This document shows positions 12,213 to 24,200 of a stretch of 59,293 nt of DNA, piece by piece; within the stretch, counting starts at the first letter, position 1, and each line of letters opens with the position of its first letter. The stretch spans positions 1 through 59,293 of the forward strand of contig NIVC01000775.1 of the NCBI GenBank assembly GCA_002269645.1. The letters run 5' to 3'. The stretch comes from Macrostomum lignano (lineage: Eukaryota). Both the position numbers and the translations under genes were made by a program. Under the pieces are notes generated by a model. That model had not been told where the DNA came from, ran no database searches, and saw only the letters and a list, made by a program, of their open reading frames with translations.

Positions 12213-15200
12213 TTACAGTGACTCAACAGCGGTCGAGGCGGCGGCTCTGCGCTGCCGATTTGGCAGCCTGCCAAGCGTAGCAGATTGTTTAAGCCGGTGG
12301 CCAGGCCGGCAGCAGCCAGGCTGGCAGTAGTGGCCGCTGGACGCGTGGGAAATTACCGATATCGAGCGCCTGTAGGCGGCCAGCTTGGCTTTGGGCTGGC
12401 TGCGACACACCGGAGTGGCCGGCGCCGCTCTCTGCAAAAGGGGCCGACCGGACTCGGGTTAAAAATAATAGTTTAGACTGAGAAATGCCAGCAAAGCCGA
12501 GCCCGTTGTGGTGAGTGCGGGTCTCAGCAGTGGAGCCTGAGTCACTGTATCTTGGCGCTGTGAACTCCTGGTCTTGAAAATGTCTTTTGTGTCTTTTGCC
12601 GCTGTGAACTACCGATCTTGTAAATGTCCTTTGTGTCTTTTGCCGCTGTGAACTACCGATCTTGTAAATGTCCTTTGTGTCTTTTGCCGCTGTGAACTCC
12701 CGGTCTTGTGAATGTCAGTCAGTCTCTTTTGCCGCTATGAACTCCCGGTCTTGTGAATGTCAGTCAGTGTCTTTTGGCGCTGTGAACTCCCGGTCTTGTG
12801 AATGTCAGTCAGTGTCTTTTGCCGCTGTGAACTCCCGGTCTTGTGAATGTCAGTCAGTGTCTTTTAGCACTGTGAACTCCCGGTCTTGTGAATGTCAGTC
12901 AGTCTCTTTTGCCGCTATGAACTCCAGGTGTTGTGAATGTCAGCCAGTATCTTTTGGCGCTGTGAACTCCCGGTCTTGTGAATCATAATATCATAATATA
13001 ATTATAATAATAATATTTTTAAGTCTCAAAACTTCACAAGAGTTGATGATAGTGGAGCAAACGAGTGTCATTAAAATGACATGCCGTTTTTAAAGTGCAA
13101 ATAGTGAGTGGTGTTAGAAATAAATTTGTCAAATTGCGGTTAATTTCAGAGGCTATAGTCCAGTCAGTCTAGTGCACCAAGCGCTGATGCAAATTGCTAT
13201 GTTAATCTCCGGCATACAATCAAATTAAGTCGCCGTGCCAAAAAGCATTTAAGACGATTAAAACAAATAACGACGCCAATTCGTTAGCTAAGCCAATAAT
13301 TAGGCATTAGGCATGCAGGTAAATTACCTAGAATATACACTGGCTTATACAGACTGTACACGGATGCGATCTGTGCTTCCCAGATTCGGGCAGATCATCA
13401 CAATTTCTGAAATTTAGATTAAAAAAATATAACAGTAAATGTGCGCGTGTAGACGTAATAAAGTAGAACATATAGGATTATAGGACAGCCATTATAGGAT
13501 GACGCTGATGCTGCATGTATTTCTATCGTTGAAGGACTGTGAGGGAGACAGCGGCATCTCATTGAAGGACTGTGAGAGAAGACAGCGGAGTTCTATTGAA
13601 GGACTGAGAGGGAGACAGCGGAATTCTATTGAAGGACTGAGAGGGAGACAGCGGAATTCTATTGAAGGACTGAGAGGGAGACAGCGGAATTCTATTGAAG
13701 GACTGAGAGGGAGACAGCGAAATTCTATTGAAGGACTGTGAGGGAGACAGCGGCATCTCATTGAAGGACTGTGAGGGAGACAGTGGCATCTCATTGAAGG
13801 ACAGTGAGGGAGACAGCGGCATCTCATTGAAGGACTGTGAGGGAGACAGCGGCATCTCATTGAAGGACAGTGAGGGAGACAGCGGATTTTTCTGAAGGAC
13901 AGTGAGGGAGACAGCGGATTTTTCTGAAGGACTGTGAGGGAGACAGCGAAATTCTATTGAAGGACTGCGAGGGAGACAGCGGCATCTCATTGAAGGACAG
14001 TGAGGGAGACAGCGGATTTTTCTGAAGGACTGTGAGGGAGACAGCGGATTTTTCTGAAGGACAGTGAGGGAGACAGCGGATTTTTCTGAAGGACAGTGAG
14101 GGAGACAGCGGATTTTGAAGGACAGTGAGGGAGACAGCGGATTTTTCTGAAGGACTGTGAGGGAGACAGCGGATTTTTCTGAAGGACTGTGAGGGAGACA
14201 GCGGATTCTGAAGGACAGTGAGGGAGACAGCGGATTTTTTGAAGGACTGTGAGGGAGACAGCGGATTTTGCAGGACTGTGAGGGAGACAGCGGCATCTCA
14301 TTGAAGGACTGTGAGGAGACAGCGGATTTTTCTGAAGGACAGTGAGGGAGACAGCGGATTTTTCTGAAGGACTGTGAGGGAGACAGCGGATTTTTCTGAA
14401 GGACAGTGAGGGAGACAGCGGATTTTTCTGAAGGACTGTGAGAGCATTTCATTTGAGACCTACAATTTGTTTTACCAAGATACAGCCTACAGTAATTTTC
14501 CTTTGACCATGATAGGCATCGCATCTGAACAACATCGATGAAATAAAACATAGGCAGTATTCATACATACAGACGGGAACAGGCAGCCGTAGAAGCAAAT
14601 TCGTGTAGTCAATGGCAACAAAGTGCAGTGAACACGACAACAGTAAAAGGAATACACCGAAAGATACCATATACAAGGCTCACCAGACTAAACTGCGGCC
14701 CAACGCTCGTAGCAGCGGCCGGGGCGAGCCTTGGAATGCCGGACCGCGGCTGCGGTAGGCTGCTGGCTGCTGCTGGCGGCTGCTGTTGCATCGATGGCGC
14801 AGGAATCCGCGATTTCGGCGCCGAATTAGCTGAATTAGACGCAATAGGCGGCAACACAACCGCGCCAGGAGCTGCTGCCGATGGCGGTGGGATGCGGCTG
14901 GCGCCGCCGCTGCCACCTCCTGCTGTGCCGTTGGTTTCGTCACCCGCGCCACTGAGACGCCGCGGCAGGGAACTGGCGGAGAGAGCCGGCGCAGCGGCCA
15001 TGGAAGGCGGCGGCGGCGGCTGCTGCTGCTGCTTCTGTGCGAGCACCTTGGGGGCGGGCAGCGCCGATGCGGACAGGGACTTTTCGCCTCCGTTCAGGGC
15101 AGCCGCCGCCAGGTTGGACGGCTGCGCCAACTGAGCTGGTGGCGGTGTCGGCGCCAGCTTAGGAATGGCGGTTGGCTGGCGTAGGCCGCTAGTCTGCGAT

Positions 15201-18200
15201 GGCCGCCGGGCTGGGAACATCGAGTCATAGGATGCCGGCTGCTGCTGCTGCTGCTGCGGCGACGTCGGCTTCTGAGCCGACACTTCGATCACAGTCCGCT
15301 GGCTGAGGGCGCTGCTGTCGCCGCTGTCGGACTGGCCGCTGACGAATGTTTATTTTTGTAGGTTTTTTTAAAGTATGTTGAAACACAGCATAGTAAAAGA
15401 CCTAGCGTAAGCTACCACTTGCAGAGTGGTGTACATATCTGTTTTCTTCTTTCTCATCGTCAAGCAGTGTATATGGCAAAAATTGCACAAGCCCCACCAT
15501 ACATGCGCAATTACCTTAATTTACACTGGCCGTGCGGCTTAATTTTTGACTAAAAATGCGACTTAAATATGAAAGAAACCTAAGCAAAAGTTAAGTTAAT
15601 TTGGGGTAAACAGCAAGAGAAACTATGACAGTATTAGTAAGGTTAAACGCCTCGTCATCTAATTAGTATTACGACTATTTTTTCGGGTGGGCCACTCGCC
15701 AGCCGCGGGCCTGGCACTAGCAAACAGTCAATCATTCTCACCTGGAGCTGTAATTAGCCAAAGCGCTTGGCGAAGGCAGCGGCGAGCCGCCGGTAGCAGA
15801 GCGGACCGGAGAAATCTGCGGCAGCGGCAGCTTCGTTGCCATGGCAACCGACCGACTTGGCGAGGCTTGCGCTGTAGGAGTGAAAGACCAGTGAATCAGA
15901 GAATTTTCACAGCTAATAAAATTTGCACGGAGCTCGGCAGCCCAGCTACTTACGCGATGCAGCTTCAACGACCAACTTCTGCTCAGCCTCCTGCACGTCA
16001 TCATCATTCTCTTCGGGAATGCCAGCGGCAATAATGATAGCTTTGGTTTCTATGGTCTCCGGGCCGCTTTTGATTGGCTGACTGTCGCCAGAGCTGTTGC
16101 TGCAAAGGTGCGGAGAACAGCTGGCTGATTAACACCAGCTGGGAGAATGCAGCACAATCAAGCCGGCATGTGGGCCCAAGTGAAACTGACTGGAGTTTCA
16201 AGCTTGACATGAAATTATATTTTCAGCGCACAGAAGCTAAGAAGACATAATGCGCTTATCACACTACTGATGAGAGAAGCAGCAAACAAGTGTCAATAAT
16301 TGCTGTTTTATTGCCGTATATAATGTCGAATAGGTAAGTTCGGGGAAAATATTTGCATTATACTTTTTATCACAGAAGCATGCCAATTATGAAATTTGCC
16401 TGATCCGTTACGCAAAGAAATTCAAAGCACCCCTAGAAGAGGAAATTCTAGGCTGTAAAAGGTAAAATAAGACTGCAATTCTCGCCCCTTGACCGGGAAA
16501 AACTAAAAGAAAACAAAACATGCTTGACAATTTATAGTTTGACACTGTGATTAGACAGAATGAATTGAGGACAGTTCGGTTTTTTTAATGGAAGATGGGG
16601 TATGATGACAGGATTCTAAAGCAAACACTTCTTCTTAACTTACTTTATCTCCTACTAACTACTGTGAGCAGTATAATTTGCAAGTTAAGTCTGCTAAACG
16701 CTAGAAAAAGACGACACACTAAGGCTTGATTAGGCTGAGCATTTGATAAGCTATAGCCAACGCTATACATCATCATGGAGCTCTAAAAGTACTATCTGGA
16801 GTGGTAGACCTGAATTATTGCTCAAGATTTTAAGCTTAAAACTCCATGAATAGACCCTGGTGCGAGTGAGCCGTTTATGGATATTGATCGATCGAGTTCG
16901 TAAAAGCTGTAAATAATGAGCATGAGTATGACAGGTTTCATAGTGTCAACCGCCAGCTTTTATTGCACAAAGACTCCTCCTGCATCAATTAAAATTCGTC
17001 AGGCCAAGATTCTGAAATGCGAGGCCAGCAATGAAAGGAATTAAGAGTACATTAAATGCAGCGCAGTTCGGCTTAGCATTAAGAGGCCCCAGTGAACTGC
17101 TGCGCAAATTACTAGTGCAGCATCTGAGATAAAAAATAGGTTTAAAAACAGAAGCTCGAAAAGTCGAACTTCGCTTTCCCGGAAAGCTTGCTCGTGTAAT
17201 TAAAAACATTTAGGCTTTCGCCCCCCCCCTAATTTTGGAATAGCTTCGCAATTTCTGCGCTTGTTTGTTACAGTCTGGCAAACAGGGTCTGTCTAACTTG
17301 CTAATCAAAGCAAAAAAATTATTTAATCAATCTACTCACAGATAAATCAGCATGCATACTGCACGAGCTCATATCTACTTAACATCAGACATACTACTTA
17401 CTTGCTATGAGTAGTCACAGCATCTTTCTAAAGTGGAAAATGTTTGCGTATTGCAAACTAAAATTGTTTAATAGTAACACAAACTAGCGATAGCATGCTG
17501 TTATGACTCGGGTGTCATAAACTTCGTCTAGTAACTTAGATACGAACATCGGTTGAAGCATTTCTCTATAACTAAAACCCGAATGAGAAACATATTTTTG
17601 TGTACTAACTGAGGCCGACTGCTCGAATGAGTATTCTGCTGGACAGGCCTCAGTTGGTACGCCCCACAAAGAGGTTTCCGATCCAGGTTCTAGCTATAGA
17701 GAAATCCTTGATCAGGAAAAAGACAAAACATACAGGCAGTTAACAAAAAATGATCAACAGCTTGGGTTAGCTGGGAAGCTCAATGCACACCGGGTGCACA
17801 GCGATTCTGACTTTTGCATTGTCAGTCCCTGTAGCCCAGTGACAGCGCCTGGGTTCGATTCCCATTCTCTGGCCTTTTAACCTCACCTCTCTGACCTCAT
17901 CAATTTCAGTAGTGGTCAGGGTATGTCGCAGGGTTTATATGCCCACTAAAGTGTGCCCTCTGCCTGACAATGGAAAAGTCAGGGCTGATGTACACCCAGT
18001 ATGAGAGTATATCTGCATAATTATTTGCATGCGTGCTCAGGGGTCATCTGAATGAGCATGACTGCTTGCCTCATCACTGACTGTGGGATAGCTCAATTTA
18101 GAAAAAAAAATTTGATTACACCTGCCTTAATGGCCAGATGTGCAACCGACAGCTCAGCCGCAGCTATTGCGCGGCGCATCTGAAGGCTGCGTACGGCTGT

Positions 18201-21200
18201 TCAGTCCCAGGACTAAGGGGGGGGGGTCACCACACACAGTCTCAAATTACCCCAGCTAATGCTGGCACCCATTTTACAGCTGGGTGAACTGAAGCAATGC
18301 AGAGTTAAGTGTCTTGCTCAAGGACACAAATTGTTCCAGTGGAATCGAGAATCGAACCCCCGACCTTCAAGTCGTGAGTCCGACGTTCTAACGAATAGGC
18401 TACAACCCCCCAGGCAGTTGTTAATATAGAAATAAACAAAAAAGCAGAAACTGCTCGCACTGTGCGAGCAAAAGCAGACAAGCGGCCAGACAACTCACTC
18501 GACAGGCACAACTCGCAAGCTGTCGCCGGAGGCCGCCGCTGCTGGTTCGGCCCGTCGGTCAGTTCGCCGGTGATGCAGCTGGCGATCAGCGTCAGCCCGG
18601 GCGAAGCTCGGCCGGCAGCTGTGCCTGGTTGACGGCTTCCGTTCGAATCTGGCTGAGCGGCGCTGGCTGGTGCCAAACTGGTTGGCCTGCACCAGGCTGG
18701 TCTCCGTGCGGAAGCTGTGGTAAAACCTGGAGCGCAGGCGCAGCAGCTGCTTGGCTTTGCCTGGCGGTGCTTTCGGCTGCACCAGACGGAAGAACGAGTG
18801 ATGCTCAACTGCGCAACGCCACAGGTGCTTGCAGGTGCGAGGATCGGCCAGCTTGAATACGAATGTGTGGTCCTGCTGGGCACCCTGGGGTCAAGGGAAA
18901 GTGCAAGCCAATGGGCTTTAATTTGTGCCTTGGGTCAGCGAGGTTAGTAGAGGGGAAAACAGGTGAGAGTGCCAGCACGTGGCCATATAAAACACTGCAA
19001 CATATTTCTATATGGAGATCCACCGCTCGAAATAAGTTATCTCTAATTAAGTTTGAAATTGTGACTGAGCATTGATTTGAGCAATCTTTGACTTGCGGAG
19101 CTACTGGCTGGAGGCAATGTGAGCCGGCCATTAACTCAAATTCACTGATCTCGAACTTAAAATTGCTTAGTATAAAAAATTCCATAAAACACACGAGTCC
19201 ATATAAGTGCTCCAGTTGCAGTTATGTGGGTAGCGGCTTGCATTTGCAAACAGTATTATAAGCTGCTGATTGAAACAGTCAGCCGTCTCTGCTACTCCAT
19301 TCGCAATACACGCACTTGAACAATCGTCTGCTGTTTCCTACCCCCTATAGGTCGGGGTTGTAATGAGAATTGAATTGAATAAATTTGCGATTCATTAACG
19401 CATTTTGTTTAGCATGGTATGCCATGTATAGGAGTTAATTCTAGATTCAACTATAGCCAGGTCTGAGTCACAGCAGTAAAAAAAATCGCCTTTCTCACGT
19501 TGCAACATATTGTAGCATTTCTGCTCGGCAAACAGGAACGTACACGCGTGGCCCAACCCGTAAATCCAAAAGGCTGCTCTTCAAAGTTTGTGCATGTTGA
19601 ATTTTCGTAGCCTCTTATGTAGCTTTCGATTAGCGATTGTTGAAACATACAAGCATTTAACTCTACATACCAGAACAGTTCCTGCCAATCTATTACTAAA
19701 GGTTAAGGCTTTACTTGGTCTCTTAGCGAACTAATAATAGTTAATCAAACTTACCTTTTGCAGGTGTATATATAATTAGATATGTGCCTAGTGGTATAGC
19801 AGAGCCGCAATAATGTGGCAAACCGATACTTTACGGTATATAATACGGTATTAGACAACTTTTGTACCACAGAATAGACATTCAAAAGTTTGATGATGAT
19901 CAACTTTACAAAATTGAAATAGTAAAAATAGCTGTCGATGAACAGGGGCAGTACAGAGCATTATAAACTTTGCAGCGCCAACTATGAAAGTTTCTCCCAC
20001 TTAACTGACAGGTTCCCTTCTGTCCCGGTGTGCGCACAGTGCAACTTTAACCTCCCCCCCCCAGATGGTCTTCTTCTTTCTTCCCCGGGAATTTGCAGAG
20101 AAATAAATAGCTGCATGGCAAATTTTCAGCTGCCGAGTTGCTGCAGCAATCCCGGGTCACGCCGCAAGCAGCCGGCCTGTCGCAGATCTCCATCCCAACC
20201 CTCTAATCTGGCAGGAGAATTGTAAACAGTGAAAATGCGACTGTAGATTAAGGCTAGTGAGGGATCAACTGCTAGCTGCCTATCTAGCCAGTTTTATTAT
20301 AGGATCCAGGGCTCCAAGGATTGCCCCGTCTAACAGTCAGGGAGAAATGACTCACGTCATGAAAATTTATTCAGTGCTTGCCAAGGGCAACGCTGGACTA
20401 AACGCATTAAACCGGTAGGTCAACAGCAGGTAAACTTAGCTGGACACAGATGGGGCGCGTCAGTTTAAGAGTTTTACATTAATTCTCCTTGACTGGCCTG
20501 GCCAGATTAGTGTAAGGTGCAGCGGTAGCGGTATTGCATTGTCCCATGCTGTACGCTGATTATTCAACGCTTCTAATTCATTACTTAATATGGCTACTAA
20601 AAAGATATTTATGAGACAATGATTCATTTTTCACGAGTGGTGAAGCCTAAACCTCTAAAACCGTATACACAATCTACTATTGCTGAACAACCTGCAACTT
20701 CCCCTAAAAGAAGAAAAGTCCATGGAAAACTAAGCCTATCGATACATCTAATACTCGCATAGGAAGCTAAACAAGCGTCTGGAAACAGGAGCAGAAACTA
20801 AAAGAATGTGAATTCCCCGCGGTCCGGTCTTTTGAAATTCACAATCCGGCCCGCTCCAGGTTTGTGTCCCAGCTCAGCTCTCTTCACTCTGATAATATTC
20901 TCTCTTTTCTCTCATCTCTCGTATCTCCTCTCTTCTCTATTCCGTCTCCTCTCTCCACTCCGCTGGCCCGCAGTAATGCGCCAGATTCTCTATCTAGGTC
21001 TTGAGGTAATATTGACGCAATAAATTAGGTTGAGGTTGAGATTAAGCAGAAGCTGACTCAGTAATTTTTAAGCGAACTTGACTAAATGACCCATCGCTGG
21101 AGACACGTCTGACGAAATGTCGCAAAAAAAGCGTGGACTGTCTTAGAAAAGTCAAATTTTTTGATGAAATGGCATTTGCCGAAAAGACACACGGATGTGC

Positions 21201-24200
21201 AGCACTGCACCACTGCACATACAGGCTGCACACTTAGCAGCCAGAACTGCCTCTCATAGAATCGCCCTAAATTTAACCGCGGCTTTGTCAATTAGTTGCT
21301 GTCAGCTGCTTAGCCAGAGCCAGGGGGTAGCTATAGATGGAAAGGCTGAATACAATGAACGGGGAGGCGAGTAGACGAAGAAAAAAATCGGATGACTCAC
21401 ATCGTGCTCAACCATCTCCCTTCCCCATTTTCCCTTTTCAGGGATCTCTTGACAGAGATCTACGAGAGAGAGAGAGGCAGCAAGGGCTCTCTGACTCACT
21501 CAGGTTAAAATATGGCAATGGCAACATGAGGAGCAAAGCAATAGGCTGACTAGTCCAACGCTTCACAAGCAGGATGAAACATAGGCACAGGCCCTGCAGC
21601 ACCCTATCCGCAATCCATTATTTATAAACGTATAAAGCCACAAGCTGAGCTAATTCTTGTCAAACTCACCTGAGCATCATCTTCCGAAACGACAATCTTC
21701 AGACTGGCTCGGTTGAAAGCAATCTTCGAAATTCGCTGCCTAAAATGGCGATATAAAAATAACCATGACAGTAAAAATTCGAATGAAATTCTCTGCAATA
21801 GAACTGCATCAAATTAATTAGTTAATTACCAATAAAAGAAGCCGATCTTTTCGTCTCCATCGTACACCAGAATGCCAGCAGGCGTGAGGCCCAGCTGGTA
21901 TGTTCGATCGTCCTTGCCCTGAGAGAACAGATGAACATTGCCAAATGTAACAGCTCACCTAGCTCGCATGCTAGCGCAGGTTAATTACTTAAGAGTTGAA
22001 CAATTACCTGCACTTTGTGCATATCCACACCGTAGTTGTCCAAGTACTTCACTTTGTTCAGGTACATCTTCTCGCACAGAGACGGCGTTAAGTTGCGCTC
22101 CCTGCAGGACACGCGGATAAATTAACGTAAATTCTCCCCACTTCACCAGGTACTTTTCAAGCAATTGAAAGACAAGCAAAGATAGTTGGTATTTTGCCAG
22201 GCATCGTCACATCCAGGGAAAAATCCGCAGTGAGGAATGCCCATTCTGCCTCTCCGGTGCTGAGAATGCGGAGCACTTCATCTGTGAGTGCCCCGCCTTT
22301 ACTCGGGACAGGCTCACCTACCTCGGCCCAAACCCGGACCTCTCCAAAGTTTTCAGGCCCGAGAATCTCTGCCAGCTCGTCCGCTACCTAAGGGCTACCG
22401 GGCGAGCAACCATCCACCTCCTGGACTCTAAAGAGAGAGGCACAACACAGGATCTCCCTGTGCAACTCCCCAGCAGGGTCGGCGACGCCTCCCCACTGTA
22501 TCCAGATGCCCGGAGCTCCCTGCAGCTGAGTCAAGTCAAGACCATCGAGATGTTCTCGTAAATTCTCGATATTTCATGAAAATGATAATCGAATCCTTGG
22601 TCGAGATTTCTACTAACTAGTAAGCATCCAGGGCCTCTCTCTGTTTGACCATCTTGCATCATTTATAAAGACAGAGCATTCGGATTTATCACACAGACTT
22701 CTATTCAACAAACACTCACGCAAGCTTCTGGTATTCCTCGAACACCATAACTTCGAATTCTTCGGTTTGCTTCTCCTCTGGCAGGAAGTGGAACTGCGAC
22801 ACAAAGGCCAGGTTGTGCTTATTCGGATCGAAGTCGCCTTCCTCGGCTGCGATGTTATGTACGGCGTTGTATGGGGGACTTTGATTAGAATATATTAGCT
22901 TTAATAAGCTTCGGTTAGATTTTATTAGCTTCTATTAATTTTTATTAGGTCATTTAAGCTTCCATTAGGTTCTATTCGCTTTTATTAGCTTTCATTAGTT
23001 TCTTTTAGCTTATTTTGGCTCATATTAGCATATAATAGCCTCTGTCAACTTAGCTTTTATTATTCTTAATCTATTAGCTTCAGAAAACATTTATTAGACT
23101 CTCTTAACTTCTACAAGCTTTTATTTTTGGCATCAGGATCCCGTCCTAACTCTACCGGGAACCAGCGACTCTCATTTTTCATTCCTAACTCTCAAACGGC
23201 TCGAAGGCTCCTTGAGTGAGGAGACCGACCAACCAAACAGAGCACCTTGCAAAAACACAAGCTACTTACATTGGACGACTAGGGCAGCCAGTTCAGCAGC
23301 TTTTTCCTCATCGTTCACCACCAGCTTTCCGGCCGCAATGTCCGCTTTTAATTGCTGGACGTAAAGGTAGCTAAAATGGCAGGAAATTTCGAGAGTTTTG
23401 GTTGTGCAAATAGACATGTACAGCAAAGCTATGAATGGCTGTATTTTTTTAAAAACTATCTAATGTGCTTCGGGGGTTGCAGACTAGTGGTTAGAGCATC
23501 GGACTAACGACTGAAAGGTCGGGGGTTCGATTCTCGACCTACTCGGAACAATTTGTGTCCATGAGCAAGACACTTAACTCTGCATTGCTTCAGTTCACCC
23601 AGCTGTAAAATGGGTGCCAGCATTAGCTGGGGTAATTGAGGGTCTGTGGCGACCCTCCCCCAGTCCTTGGACTGAACAGCCGTACGCAGCCTTCTGATGC
23701 GCCGCGCAATGGCTGCGGCTGAGTTGTCGGTTGCTCATTAGGGCAGGTGCCCTGATAAAAGAACATCAACCTAGGCTTACCACGTGAGCTCCTCCTTGAG
23801 ATAGGTGTCCGGCTCGCTAGAAAAGAACTTCACCACAAATCTAAAAGTGTACGGAGGACCAGCTGCGGGAGAGGCAAATGAATGGCTTGAATAGCTGCAC
23901 TGTTCATAGGAATCACGGCATGAAAGTGCTATTGTATGCAATACTCACGCATTTTCTTTTTGATTTGCTTCTTCAGCGGCTTGGTCGGGTCGATCCAATA
24001 GCGCACGCTGTGAAAGTCGGTGTACTGCAGGCCAAAGTACTCGTGCTCATATTGAAAGTCCAAGTCATTGTAGACTAGCTCATACAAATCCCTGCCAAGG
24101 ACTTGCTTCTAAAATCATATTATTCAGTGCCATAATCATTTTATTAAATATTACTGATTAGTTATTAGTCAAATAGCCTTAATATTAGCCTTATTAGCCT

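Noticed and set aside
13559-14551. 330-aa ORF and the Cys-rich ORFs at 12668, 13492, 40291, 42469 and 42495
   Set aside because: Translations of minisatellites inside introns; unit lengths vary by non-multiples of three.
16266-16290. Hammerhead ribozyme core (CTGATGA)
   Set aside because: No downstream GAAA and no flanking stems.
23478-23550. tRNA gene (also the heads of the other SINE copies)
   Set aside because: A and B boxes are present, but there is no proper acceptor stem and the sequence continues into a shared SINE body and tail.
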